64,000 nucleotides of DNA from Candidatus Eiseniibacteriota bacterium (GCA_963703225.1 OY969801.1:2432001-2496000); one strand, 5' to 3'; positions 30,557 to 40,722 are shown, counted from the first letter of the stretch. Notes: generated from the letters alone by a model not told the origin. Made by a program: numbers and translations.

Positions 30557-31174
30557 ATGAGCGAATCCATAGAGAAGGAAACCGGCCGGGTCGAGGCGTT
30601 CAGCGACGGCGTGTTCGCCATCGCGATCACGCTGCTCGTCCTCGAGTTCAAGGTGCCCCATCCGCCGGATCACGGCTCCAACGCGGACCTCTTCCACGCC
30701 CTCCTCGGGCTCTGGCCCTCGCTCGTCGCATTCCTCGGGAGCTTCGCCGCGATCCTCATCATGTGGATCAACCACCACGGAATGTTCCGCATGATCCACA
30801 AGACCGACTCGCGATTCCTCTACGCGAACGGATTGTTGTTACTGACGGTCAGTTTCGTCCCATTCCCCACCGCCGTTCTCGCGGAGTACCTCGGTAAGAC
30901 GGCGGAGCACACGGCCGCGGCGTTCTACGTCGGCACGTATGTGGTCGCTTCCATCACTTGGAACCTGACGTGGGACGTGGCCTGCGCGCGGGGGCTTCTC
31001 AAGCGGAATGTTTCGGATTCCCAGGCGGCCAAGATACGGGGCTCGTACCGATTCGGATTTGCGTATTACGTTGTCTCCGCCCTGGTCGCGCTTTGGAGCG
31101 CGCCGCTCGGTCTCGCCCTCTGCCTGGCGCTCTGGATCTACTGGGCGACCCGGAGCTATCGGGCCGAGGGTTAG
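30557..31174 (+). CDS. TMEM175 (DUF1211) family K+ channel
   Basis: RVEAFSDGVFAIAITLL, WINHH, PFPT. Confidence 0.93.
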   Translation: MSESIEKETGRVEAFSDGVFAIAITLLVLEFKVPHPPDHGSNADLFHALLGLWPSLVAFLGSFAAILIMWINHHGMFRMIHKTDSRFLYANGLLLLTVSFVPFPTAVLAEYLGKTAEHTAAAFYVGTYVVASITWNLTWDVACARGLLKRNVSDSQAAKIRGSYRFGFAYYVVSALVALWSAPLGLALCLALWIYWATRSYRAEG

Positions 31175-31193
31175 GTCTGGCGCTCTTGGCGCG

Positions 31194-32876
31194 TTACTGC
31201 AGCACCACCAGCCGTCGCGACAGGCTCTTCCCGGCGGTCTCGAGCCGGTAGAAGTAGACCCCGGCCGCTAGCTTCGAAGCGGGAATCTCCGCCGAATGGC
31301 CCCCGGCATCCATCGTCGCGTCCACCGGCGTCATTAAGAGCCGCCCATCCACGTCAAAGAGACGAAGCACGACCCTCCCCCGAGCCGGTATGGAGTACTG
31401 AACGCTCAGGAATCCCGTCCCTGGGTTGGGCGCGTTCTGGCTTAGCGAGAACTGGATCTGCCCGCCCGAGGAGACCGGGGCCCCCGAAGCTCCATACCAC
31501 CCCATGTCGCCGAACGCCTGGATCGTGAGGTCCGGGTCGCTTGAGAGCGACGCGTTGATGGCGGGCTCCATGAGCAGATCGGGTGTCGCTCCCGTGTCCC
31601 AGTGGGAGACGGACGATCCCGATTGAAAGGGATTGGGCGCATACATCATGACCCGGCCGCTCGGGTTCGTCCCCGCATGTTTGGTGGGGTCCACGAGGAT
31701 TGTGGCGTTCTGACCCGTGAGGTTGGTGCGAAGGATATTGCCGTCGGCCTGCGTCACGCGGACGGACGGAATGGTGATCGTGGGATCGGTCCCACTCATG
31801 CCCACGGGCGGGCAACCGGCCACGCTGTCCGCAACGATCACCCCGATCGCGCCGGCATCTTGAGCATTCTTGACCTTGATCGTGAACGCGCAGCCGCCCC
31901 GGTCTAGGAGGACGATCTTTCCAGCAACCACGTTGATCAGCGGCTCGCATGCATTGGTTGCGACACCCACGCCGTCGTTGGCGAGGACCACGCCGCCGGC
32001 CACGCCGGTCTCGCTCAGCGGCGGTCCAAACGTGGCCTGCCCCACTTCATAGTCGCCCGCCGCGGGGGCCGGGCTGGTCACGCGCAGGAGCGGCTTCGGA
32101 CCCAGGAAAACGGTCGCGCGCGAGGTGACCAGCGGACCATCCCAGACGAGGTTCGTGCAGGTGAGCGCCGAAGCGGCGCGCTGCGCGGCGGTCATCTGAT
32201 TCCAATGGAGCCCATTCTGCGGATTGAACAGAAAGCGATCATAGACATGCGGAAAGCTCATGAGGAGCGCTCCGGTTTGCCCGTTGGTCGTAGTGCTGAA
32301 ACCCAAGCCATGCCCCAGCTCGTGGATCACGACGGGCAGGAGCTCGATCTGGCTTCCCTCGTTCCCGTCGATGCCGTAATACCAGCCGACGGGGAGGCAG
32401 GCTGCCCCACCCACGCTCGAGTTGAACGTCGCCTGGATGTCGTTGTTCGCGGAGAGATCAATTCCGGATAGCTTGTTGGCGAGCGCCTCGTGGTACCAGG
32501 TGCTCGCGAAGATCGCTCCCGGGAAATCGCGATCCGCGGATATCGGACCCGCGCTTCCGAGGACGCCGCTCGTCGCCGTGCACGTCAGCGGGTCAAACCG
32601 GGCGGTCACCCTGATCTCGATCGGGCTTTGGAGCAGCTGACCCCAGATCTTGGCAGCGGTCTGAAATACGAAGAGCCGCTGCGCGCCGACGGTGGTTCCA
32701 GGGTTCCCTCCAACGGGGGCGGCCGGCGTGGGATCGTTGAAACCCTCCCCCGCGGCATCGCTGTTGACGATGGTGATGGTGGTGGCGGCGGCGGCGCCAC
32801 GGGGCATGGAAGACGTCGCAAGGAGCACCAGGAGGCTGAGCCAGGCGAACGGGAAGTGGAGACGGGCGCGGGCCAC
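31194..32876 (-). CDS. Secreted zinc metallopeptidase with PA domain and FlgD/T9SS-like C-terminal domain
   Basis: Signal peptide, HELGHGLG, PA domain DRGGCAF..KV.NAQ.AGA, SSVSHWD, tail QNAPNP...GVYFYRL...RRLVVLQ. Confidence 0.88.
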   Translation of the reverse strand: MARARLHFPFAWLSLLVLLATSSMPRGAAAATTITIVNSDAAGEGFNDPTPAAPVGGNPGTTVGAQRLFVFQTAAKIWGQLLQSPIEIRVTARFDPLTCTATSGVLGSAGPISADRDFPGAIFASTWYHEALANKLSGIDLSANNDIQATFNSSVGGAACLPVGWYYGIDGNEGSQIELLPVVIHELGHGLGFSTTTNGQTGALLMSFPHVYDRFLFNPQNGLHWNQMTAAQRAASALTCTNLVWDGPLVTSRATVFLGPKPLLRVTSPAPAAGDYEVGQATFGPPLSETGVAGGVVLANDGVGVATNACEPLINVVAGKIVLLDRGGCAFTIKVKNAQDAGAIGVIVADSVAGCPPVGMSGTDPTITIPSVRVTQADGNILRTNLTGQNATILVDPTKHAGTNPSGRVMMYAPNPFQSGSSVSHWDTGATPDLLMEPAINASLSSDPDLTIQAFGDMGWYGASGAPVSSGGQIQFSLSQNAPNPGTGFLSVQYSIPARGRVVLRLFDVDGRLLMTPVDATMDAGGHSAEIPASKLAAGVYFYRLETAGKSLSRRLVVLQ

Positions 32877-32881
32877 GGCGG

Positions 32882-33409
32882 CTACCTCTCTTCCAGCGTC
32901 GGCGCGCTGGGGGGCTTGCTCTTGGTGGCCCGCCCATATCCCGACGAGTCATCGACGCACTGGAAGGTCTTCCTGCCGTCGGGGCCGATCTGTACGGTCG
33001 CATATTCCTGGAATCGGCCCTCAAGATTTACATGGACCGTTCCGTCGGCACGGCGCTCTTCGACGAGGCCCGCCGCGGAACGCGAGAGGAGGGTTCGTTC
33101 GCTCGCCGACATCTGCTCCAGCTCCGCGCGCTGTTCCGGGGTTGGCATGCCGAGCCGGCCCGTTTCCGGGTCGATTCCAACCACCATTCCGGCCCGACCG
33201 GGAGCCTCAAACGCGGAGGTCCGCGGGTGGCCCTGCCCCGGCTCGCGACCCTGCGACGCGTCCGCCGCGGTGGTGCCCGACAGAGCCGGGGCCGATGTCG
33301 AGCTCGCGGATTGGCGGTTCGACGTCGGATGTGACGACATGAGCAGTGCGGCCATCACGGAGGCCGCGATGGCGCCCAAGATACGAAGGATGGGTTGGTG
33401 GCCTTTCAT
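32882..33409 (-). CDS. Small exported protein (post-PEP-CTERM-1-like) paired with the peptidase
   Basis: Signal peptide, IDPETGRL..PT.E, L.GRF......I..DG.....C; ends 5 nt upstream of the peptidase start. Confidence 0.65.
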   Translation of the reverse strand: MKGHQPILRILGAIAASVMAALLMSSHPTSNRQSASSTSAPALSGTTAADASQGREPGQGHPRTSAFEAPGRAGMVVGIDPETGRLGMPTPEQRAELEQMSASERTLLSRSAAGLVEERRADGTVHVNLEGRFQEYATVQIGPDGRKTFQCVDDSSGYGRATKSKPPSAPTLEER

Positions 33410-33532
33410 GTCGGCAGTCTCCCCGCGTTGGTGGAGTACGTGGTCAAGCACGCCGCTGAAACGAGGGCCGGGAGTGGCCCCGATTCTAGCCCAAGTACTC
33501 CGGGCGGGAAACAAATAGTCCCCTGCCCGCGT

Positions 33533-33925
33533 CTACTCAACCATCGACCCCCCAAAGGCCACGCGTCCCGCACCGGGGGGCTCATATATGATGTGTACGT
33601 CCTCGGTCTGACGGTGACATGCGTCACCGATCGCCGCGGCCAGCCCACGTGCTTCCCGCTTCATGGCGTCTTTGCTCGGCCATGCGCGCTGGACCACCTT
33701 GACGAAGATGGGTTGCGCGGACAGGGCGTCCTGAGCCACCGAGACGCCCGGTGCTGGAACGCTATTTTCCGCGTAATCCGTCGAGGGCGTGAACCGAAGC
33801 CGCACCCAGACCGACTGCGGCTCCGCTTTCAGGACGGCCGCGACGCTTTCGGCAATCCGAGCGGCCAACCCGCGCCGTGTCTCTGAAGCCACCTCGCCGA
33901 TCAGCTCCACTTCAAGTACTGGCAA
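33533..33925 (-). CDS. Tautomerase superfamily protein (two beta-alpha-beta units)
   Basis: Pro at position 2 (MPVLEVE), duplicated unit, C-terminal AFGG. Confidence 0.75.
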   Translation of the reverse strand: MPVLEVELIGEVASETRRGLAARIAESVAAVLKAEPQSVWVRLRFTPSTDYAENSVPAPGVSVAQDALSAQPIFVKVVQRAWPSKDAMKREARGLAAAIGDACHRQTEDVHIIYEPPGAGRVAFGGSMVE

Positions 33926-33952
33926 CGGTACCTCCTCGCCTCATTCTCGATC

Positions 33953-35125
33953 CTACCGCGGTTCGGCCACCGGCACCGCCAGATGTCGCCGCGTGCCGGG
34001 CAGCAAGACCGCGCAGACCAATCCCAGAACCAGGAGGCAGGCGAGGGTGGAGAGCGCGGCGTGAATCCCGGCGCGGTCCGCGAGCGCGCCGATGGGGCCG
34101 ACGAGCAGTGCGCCCATTCCCCACGCGGCGCCCATCAGAAGGCTCGAGATCGTCGAGGAATGTCGCGGCGAGAGCTCCTGGCCCAGCACGACGTTCATGG
34201 CGAGCGAGGATTGGAGGGAGAACGATCCCAGAATCAGGCATGGAAGACCCACCCTGTCGGGAAGAAGCAGAAACGCGGCGTAGAGTGGAGCCGCCACCAC
34301 GAACGATGAAACGAGCACACGGTGCCCCCCGATACGGTCGGAGAGCCAACCGCCGCAGAACCCGCCGAGAGCCCCGAGCAGCAAGTAGAGCGAGAGCACG
34401 AAGCCGCTCTGGGAGAGCGAGTATCCGCGGGCGGTCAAATAGAGCGGTAGAAAGGTCATGAAACCGTAAGACACCGACGAGCGGGAAACCGTGGCGAAGT
34501 AAAGGAGCGAGAGCGGGCGCAGTACCGGCCGAAGCTCCCGAAGGGGCACCCCCTTCGCCTCATGGCTCGGCCGCGGCGGCACCCGGGCGAACCACGCGAG
34601 CAAGAGCGCCGACGCCACAAGCCCCGGAATGGCCGCCACCCATGTGCGCTCCAGCCCAAACGCGGACACCACGCCCACCGCGAACATCGGCCCCACCGAG
34701 AACCCGATCGTCCCCCCGGTGATGAAGAACGCCATCGAGACGTTTCGCCGCGCGGAAACCTGGGACGCCAGCACCGCCGCCTGCGGGTGGAACGCCGCCA
34801 CGCCCAAGCCGGCGAGCATCAGGAGCGCCACGAGCGCCGCGTAGGTCGGCGCCAGCCCCAGCGAGCTCATGAAGACCGCGGCCGTCAGCGGCCCGAAGGC
34901 CACAAACCAGGGACGGCGCATGCGGTCGGACATCAGACCGAACAATGGCTGCGAGAAGGACGAGGTCACCGAGGAGAGCGCCACCAACGCGCCCACCAGG
35001 GTGAGGCTCATGTTGAGCTTGTGCACCAGGAGCGGCAGCAGGGGCGAGAAGAAGCTGGAGTACGAGTCGATCGTCAGGTGACCGAAGGTCAGGAGGCCGA
35101 GACGGGGGGTGATCGGGCGGGGCAT
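33953..35125 (-). CDS. MFS transporter, Fsr-like
   Basis: H...D.Y, QPLFG..SDR, AAFHPQA, G.LSDRIG; about 12 TMs. Confidence 0.92.
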   Translation of the reverse strand: MPRPITPRLGLLTFGHLTIDSYSSFFSPLLPLLVHKLNMSLTLVGALVALSSVTSSFSQPLFGLMSDRMRRPWFVAFGPLTAAVFMSSLGLAPTYAALVALLMLAGLGVAAFHPQAAVLASQVSARRNVSMAFFITGGTIGFSVGPMFAVGVVSAFGLERTWVAAIPGLVASALLLAWFARVPPRPSHEAKGVPLRELRPVLRPLSLLYFATVSRSSVSYGFMTFLPLYLTARGYSLSQSGFVLSLYLLLGALGGFCGGWLSDRIGGHRVLVSSFVVAAPLYAAFLLLPDRVGLPCLILGSFSLQSSLAMNVVLGQELSPRHSSTISSLLMGAAWGMGALLVGPIGALADRAGIHAALSTLACLLVLGLVCAVLLPGTRRHLAVPVAEPR

Positions 35126-35167
35126 GTGGCCGAGAGAATAGCACCACGCCTTGCGGTCCAGGCGGCG

Positions 35168-35329
35168 CTAGATCCCGAAGAGCTGCCGCGAATATCTGGC
35201 CAGGAGATAGACGAGCAAGGTGAGCAGGGCCGCCAACCGCTCGGTCACCCGCCGGTATTCGGCGAGATACTCCCGCTGCGTGTCCCTGATTTCTCGGAGT
35301 AGGTCCCGGATTTCATCGGTGGATTCCAT
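35168..35329 (-). CDS. 53-aa small protein (amphipathic helix plus C-terminal hydrophobic segment)
   Basis: MESTDEIRDLLREIRDTQREYLAEYRRVTERLAALLTLLVYLLARYSRQLFGI with AGGAG RBS; below the ORF-track cutoff. Confidence 0.65.
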   Translation of the reverse strand: MESTDEIRDLLREIRDTQREYLAEYRRVTERLAALLTLLVYLLARYSRQLFGI

Positions 35330-35423
35330 GCGAAGCTCCTCTGACAATTGGCCTTCTCCGCAATGGGCTGCTCCCGGCCGCCACCGACCTATCGGCTATT
35401 TCTGGGGTACACTTCACTTACCA

Positions 35424-36854
35424 ATGAGGCCCGCGACGACCACCCCGATCAGGGTTCACTGCCGGCACGTTCTCCCGCTCCTCCTCTGGTCCGTCGCCGT
35501 GCTCGGCTTCGAATCGATGGCCGGAGGAACCGCCCGCGCCGCCGAAAACGCGCGGCCAGTCCCCATCCAGGTCCGCTACGACGGCACCGGCTGGCTCGAG
35601 GCGCACTTCAAGCGCCCGCACGAGGCGCGCCCGTTCCATTCCAAGGCCATCTATTCGGCCGACGGCCGGGGCCGGTTGCGATTGGACTGGACGACGTGGG
35701 CCGACGGAGATTCGGCCCCCACCCCGGAAACCTTCCTGGTGCGGGGCGACAGCGTCTTCCACCGCGATGCTCCCGGGGCGACCTGGCAGCTCTTGGCAGG
35801 CCAGAGGCGTCAATTGGCCCGCCTTCAAGCGGCGGCCGGTACGGCCCAGGAGCTCGGGCGTTTGGTGCGGGATCAAACGACGACGGGGCGCGGCGAGTTC
35901 ATGTTCGACGGGCAGCAGTTCGTCTATCTCGAGAAACACGCGCACCGGCGGCTGGGTGACGTGATCGACTCCGTGGCCTACACCTACGAAGGATCTGAGG
36001 AAGGGTCTGACACGTTGCCCGCGGAGATTCTCGTTGTCATCCATGAAGACGGCTCCCAGTGGCGGCTGGTGCAGCACCCCTTCGGATTGCCCGACAGCAC
36101 GGTTCCCGATTCGCTCTTCAGGGCTCCCGTCGTGTTCGATCCTCCTCCGGCGCATGGCGACTCGCTCGTCGGAGAGGTCAAGATCGACTCCCTCGCCCCC
36201 GGCCTCTGGGCCGCGGAGATGGAGGACATCGACTCGCGGTCGATGTTCGTCGAGTTCGCGGATCACCTCGCCGTCATCGAGATCGCGGCCAGCAGCGCGA
36301 ACGGGGAGCGGGTCGTCGATGCGGCACGCCGCAAGTGGCCAAAGAAGCCGATCCGCTATGCCTTCTTCAGCCACCACCATCCCCATTACTTGGGCGGGCT
36401 TCGGGCCATGATCGCCGAGGGTGCCACCGTGGTCACCACGCCCGGAAATCAGGCGTACGTGAACGAAATCGCGGCATATCCGTTCACCCTCGAACCGGAC
36501 CGCCTGGCGCGCGCGCCCAAGCGGGTCAAGGTCCGGACGTTTCGGCAACGGTTCGAGCTCGCCGATTCCACGAATGAGCTCGTCGCGCTCAACTACGGCG
36601 ATCGTTCGCAGCACACCGAGGAATTCGTCGTCTTCTGGTTTCCCCGGGCCAAACTCCTCTTCGAGGCTGAACTGGGCTGGGTCCGCGTCGACGGAAAGCT
36701 CCGCGCCAGCCGGCGCGCCGTCCCGCTGCTGGCGTGGATCGCCGAGCAGAAGCTCGACGTCGAGCGGCTTGTCCAATCGTGGCCGATGCGGGACGACGAC
36801 GCCGAGGTGTCGCGGGCCAAGCTCGAGGAGCTGGCGCGCGCTGCCAAGCGCTGA
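35424..36854 (+). CDS. Exported metallo-beta-lactamase-fold protein
   Basis: Signal peptide, VEF.DH..VIE, KPIRY...SHHHPHYLGG, H......V..FP.....FEA. Confidence 0.75.
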   Translation: MRPATTTPIRVHCRHVLPLLLWSVAVLGFESMAGGTARAAENARPVPIQVRYDGTGWLEAHFKRPHEARPFHSKAIYSADGRGRLRLDWTTWADGDSAPTPETFLVRGDSVFHRDAPGATWQLLAGQRRQLARLQAAAGTAQELGRLVRDQTTTGRGEFMFDGQQFVYLEKHAHRRLGDVIDSVAYTYEGSEEGSDTLPAEILVVIHEDGSQWRLVQHPFGLPDSTVPDSLFRAPVVFDPPPAHGDSLVGEVKIDSLAPGLWAAEMEDIDSRSMFVEFADHLAVIEIAASSANGERVVDAARRKWPKKPIRYAFFSHHHPHYLGGLRAMIAEGATVVTTPGNQAYVNEIAAYPFTLEPDRLARAPKRVKVRTFRQRFELADSTNELVALNYGDRSQHTEEFVVFWFPRAKLLFEAELGWVRVDGKLRASRRAVPLLAWIAEQKLDVERLVQSWPMRDDDAEVSRAKLEELARAAKR

Positions 36855-36915
36855 AGCGGCTACAGCCCTGCTCGCCGGGCTGCTATGATTCCCCCCGGTC
36901 GACCAGCCCCATCCC

Positions 36916-39459
36916 ATGGACATCAGAACGGAGTCCCAAAGCTTGACCACCACCGTTACCCCCGGCGCCAAGCTCGGCCCCTATGAAATCCTAGATCTCA
37001 TCGGCAAGGGCGGCATGGGCGAGGTCTTCCGCGCCAAGGACGAGCGCCTCGATCGCAGCGTGGCGATCAAGGTGCTCCCCAAGTCCTTGGCCGACGACAA
37101 GGACCGGCTCCGCCGGTTCGAGCAGGAAGCCCGCGCCGCGGGCCAGCTGAACCACCCCAACATCCTCGCGATCTACGACGTCGGCGCGACCGACGGCCTC
37201 CCCTACATCGTGACGGAGCTGCTCGAAGGCCAGGACGTTCGACAGGTTCTGGGTAAGGGCCCCATCCCGCCCCGCAAAGCCGTCGACTACATCGTCCAGG
37301 CCGCGAACGGCCTCTCCGCCGCGCACTCCAAGGGGATCGTGCATCGCGATCTCAAGCCCGAAAACCTTTTCGTCAGCCCAAGCGGCCACGTCAAGGTCCT
37401 CGACTTCGGCCTCGCCAAGCTGATTCGCCGCCCGGACGGGCCCAAGGGCGATGGCCGGGACGAGACCGGCGCGCAGCCGAGCATGACCCTAACCGGCCAG
37501 ATCCTCGGCACCGCGAGCTACATGTCCCCCGAGCAGATTCGAGAGCAGGCGACCGATCACCGAACCGACATTTTTTCGCTCGGCTGCATCCTCTACGAGA
37601 TGCTCGTCGGGAAGCGCGCCTTCGAGGGCGCCACACCGGTCGACCGCATGACCGCGATTCTCAAATCGGAATCGCCCGAGGCGCCGCCCGCGATCGAGGA
37701 CGCCCTCCCCGGAATCAATAAGGTCATCCATCGCTGCCTGGAGAAGGACGCCCAGGACCGCTTCGAGTCGGCGCGCGAGCTGGCATTCGCGCTCAGCTTG
37801 GTCACGGAGCGGACAGGGCGCGCTGCAAGCGCCGACGCCCCTGCCGCAGGCCCTGCGTCCACCAAACCCTCCGGATTCGCCGCGAAACTCCGTCGCATTA
37901 CCTATCGGGAGGGCTACATTCGATCGGCTCGCTTCGCTCCGGACGGCCAGGCGGTTTGCTATGCCGCCGCGTGGGAGGGGAAGCCGATGGAGATTTTCTG
38001 GGCGCTCCCGGGAAATCCCGAGTCGCGTCCCCTTGGATTCACAGATGCCGAGATCCTCTCGATCGCTCCGTCCGGCGAAATGGGCGTCAAACTCCACGCC
38101 CGAGCACTCGGCGGCTTCCTCTCCTTGGGAATGCTGTCACGCATGCCCCTCGGCGGCGGCGCGCCGCGCCCAATCCAGGACGGTGTCTTGGAAGCTTGCT
38201 GGAGCCCCGACGGCAAGCAGTTCGCGATCATTCGCGAAGTCGCCGGCACGATGCGAATCGAGTATCCAATCGCTAAGGTGCTCTACGAGACGAATGGATG
38301 GCCGAGCGACATCCGGATTTCGCCCGATGGGAAGTTGATTGCATTTCTCGACCACCCCACGCGCGGGAACGACGCCGGATCGGCCGCGGTCCTGGACCTC
38401 CAGGGCAACGTGCGCATCCTGTCGGCCGGCTGGTCGAGCACGCAGGGCGTCGCATGGTCGCCAAACGGGAGAGAGGTTCTGTTCACCGCGTTTCGGACGG
38501 AGGCGGCGCGCTGCCTCTTCGCGGTGACGCTCGAGGGCGACCTACGCCCCGTCTTCCAAACGCCGGGGCACCTGATCGTCCAGGACGTCTCGAAGGGTGG
38601 CGACATCCTCCTCGTCCACGGGCACGAGCGCCTCCGCATGCAATACGTCGGACCCGGTGATACGAAGCCGCGCGATTTGAGCTGGCTCGACTGGACACTG
38701 GTGCGGGATATCACACCTGACGGCAAGACTCTCATCTTTGACGAGACGGGAGTGGGAGGGGGCGAAAACCACAGCGTTTACATGCGCGATGTCGACGGGT
38801 CCCCCGCGGTTCGCCTCGGTGATGGCATGGTCCCGCGGCTCTCTCCAGACGGCCAGTGGGTCCTCGCGACCCTCGATGATCCGAGCCACCCCACCTTCCT
38901 CCTACCGATCGGTGCCGGAGAGACCCGATCGCTTCCGACCAAGGGGTTATCCTGCCACTACGGTGCCTGGTTCCCTGACGGGAAGCGAATCTGCGTCACC
39001 GCGAGCGAAGGCAAGGGTGGATTGCGGCTCTACGTGATCGATGTGGAATCCGGTGCCCACCGCGCCATCAGTGAGGAGGGCATCCGTCCCGCGGACGTCC
39101 TGGTGACCCAGGACGGTCGGCATGTGGCGGCCTGGGGTCCGAGCGGAAAGTTTACCTTCTATCCGGTTGATGGCGGGACACCGCGACCCGTCGACGGCAT
39201 CGGCGGGAAGGATCGCGCCATCGCATTGAGCGGGGACGGAACGGCCATCTACTCGTTCACGCGTGGGGTATTGCCCGCCCCCGTGTTCCGTGTGGACATC
39301 GAATCCGGCGCGCGCGAACAAGTGCGCGAGATCTCTCCCTCCGACCCTACCGGCGTGGGCGGAATCACGATTGCGCGCATGACCCCCGACGCCTCGGCAA
39401 TCGCCTACAGCTTCCCCCAGGGGTTGGGCGATCTCTATGTGATCGAGGGGCTGTTATAG
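36916..39459 (+). CDS. Third Ser/Thr kinase - beta-propeller, no evident TM linker
   Basis: GKGGMG, VAIK, HRDLKPEN, DFG, YMSPE; repeated SPDG. Confidence 0.95.
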   Translation: MDIRTESQSLTTTVTPGAKLGPYEILDLIGKGGMGEVFRAKDERLDRSVAIKVLPKSLADDKDRLRRFEQEARAAGQLNHPNILAIYDVGATDGLPYIVTELLEGQDVRQVLGKGPIPPRKAVDYIVQAANGLSAAHSKGIVHRDLKPENLFVSPSGHVKVLDFGLAKLIRRPDGPKGDGRDETGAQPSMTLTGQILGTASYMSPEQIREQATDHRTDIFSLGCILYEMLVGKRAFEGATPVDRMTAILKSESPEAPPAIEDALPGINKVIHRCLEKDAQDRFESARELAFALSLVTERTGRAASADAPAAGPASTKPSGFAAKLRRITYREGYIRSARFAPDGQAVCYAAAWEGKPMEIFWALPGNPESRPLGFTDAEILSIAPSGEMGVKLHARALGGFLSLGMLSRMPLGGGAPRPIQDGVLEACWSPDGKQFAIIREVAGTMRIEYPIAKVLYETNGWPSDIRISPDGKLIAFLDHPTRGNDAGSAAVLDLQGNVRILSAGWSSTQGVAWSPNGREVLFTAFRTEAARCLFAVTLEGDLRPVFQTPGHLIVQDVSKGGDILLVHGHERLRMQYVGPGDTKPRDLSWLDWTLVRDITPDGKTLIFDETGVGGGENHSVYMRDVDGSPAVRLGDGMVPRLSPDGQWVLATLDDPSHPTFLLPIGAGETRSLPTKGLSCHYGAWFPDGKRICVTASEGKGGLRLYVIDVESGAHRAISEEGIRPADVLVTQDGRHVAAWGPSGKFTFYPVDGGTPRPVDGIGGKDRAIALSGDGTAIYSFTRGVLPAPVFRVDIESGAREQVREISPSDPTGVGGITIARMTPDASAIAYSFPQGLGDLYVIEGLL

Positions 39460-39482
39460 GGGGTAGCGACCAGCGGCCGCCG

Positions 39483-40274
39483 TCACAATCGTACCCCCGG
39501 CCCCAGGACGGCGATGAATGCGATTGCCACCGAGAGCCCGGCCACGGCCCACCCGAGGCTGAAACGTAATGGGCGCGCCACGCTCGTGGCAGTCTCGGTC
39601 CTCCGCTCCACAATCCTCGGGACGAATGCAAGCCCAGCCATCGCGCCGAAGCCGCTGCTCACGCCGGAGAGCAAAATCAGGCTCGGGCCTACGGGATTGA
39701 GCGCAGCGCCGGCAACGAAGAGCAATCCGCCCGCGATGTACGCCGGGAAGACCAGGCGGCCAATCTCCCGCCGATCGACAAGACCGTTTCGGATTGAGGA
39801 AATCGCACTCGCCGCGATGAGACAGACGGCTCCAACGTACAGTGAGGCGCCCCCCACCACGAGGAAGGCTCGCCAAACCCAGTGCGGCTCAAGCCCCGAG
39901 ATGACGACCGCCCAGTCACCGAAATCGAGCACGCCGGAAAACAAGAGATATCCGGTGCCATTCAGCAAATTGGTCGCCGCGAAAAGCCATAGAAAGTAGC
40001 GCGTGGCACCCAACGTCTTCCCGGTGGGGAAAAACAGCAGTGCGAGCATGCCGACGACCACATTCGCGATGCTGCCGGCCGCGGCGACCGTGCGGCTGCT
40101 GGAACTGGTCTGAAGTGCTACCGTGGAAAGGGACAGCGCTCGAACTCCGGTCAGGGCACACGCGACGCCGTGACCGAGGACCTCGTGCACCATGTCGCAC
40201 GCCGCGTAGGCCACGACCGCGATTGCGATGACCGTCCAGAGATTGGTGCGAGGGGCTCCGCGGTCGCTGGTCAC
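39483..40274 (-). CDS. Membrane protein with HExxGH motif (M50-like metalloprotease candidate)
   Basis: VHEVLGHG in TM1, AAGS.AN, GDW; multiple TMs. Confidence 0.6.
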   Translation of the reverse strand: MTSDRGAPRTNLWTVIAIAVVAYAACDMVHEVLGHGVACALTGVRALSLSTVALQTSSSSRTVAAAGSIANVVVGMLALLFFPTGKTLGATRYFLWLFAATNLLNGTGYLLFSGVLDFGDWAVVISGLEPHWVWRAFLVVGGASLYVGAVCLIAASAISSIRNGLVDRREIGRLVFPAYIAGGLLFVAGAALNPVGPSLILLSGVSSGFGAMAGLAFVPRIVERRTETATSVARPLRFSLGWAVAGLSVAIAFIAVLGPGVRL

Positions 40275-40284
40275 CGCCGCAGCG

Positions 40285-40722
40285 CTACTTCAGCTCCACG
40301 ACAAGAATGCGGGAATTCCCCTTGCCGATATTCACGTCGGTATGAGTCTCACCGTCGCTCCAGTAGACATCTCCGACCTTCATGTCGGTCACTTCGGGCT
40401 TCCCCCCTAAGGTCGTCGCGCGGTCGCGCGCGGGTGAGAGCACAATGGTCAGATGCGCTGGGTGGGAATGAGTTCCCACGCCGCAGACATTTCCGTGCGG
40501 CTTGCTCGTGTACTCGAGGACGCGGACTCGGGCATTGTCCAGGACGACACGCTCTGTTTCGAGGGAGGATCCCTTCCCTGACGGGTCGGCCGCGACGACC
40601 GCACCCGCTCGGGGAACGGTCATCGACCACGGAAACGCGCAGAAGAATGCGGAGAGAATCAAGCTAACGACAACGAGAAGCGCGACCACGACACCGAGCG
40701 CGCCGAGCCGTCCTACCCTCAC
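40285..40722 (-). CDS. Exported cupin-fold protein
   Basis: [16 protein letters not shown]....H...N.G.....VELK; start overlaps the acs stop. Confidence 0.75.
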   Translation of the reverse strand: MRVGRLGALGVVVALLVVVSLILSAFFCAFPWSMTVPRAGAVVAADPSGKGSSLETERVVLDNARVRVLEYTSKPHGNVCGVGTHSHPAHLTIVLSPARDRATTLGGKPEVTDMKVGDVYWSDGETHTDVNIGKGNSRILVVELK

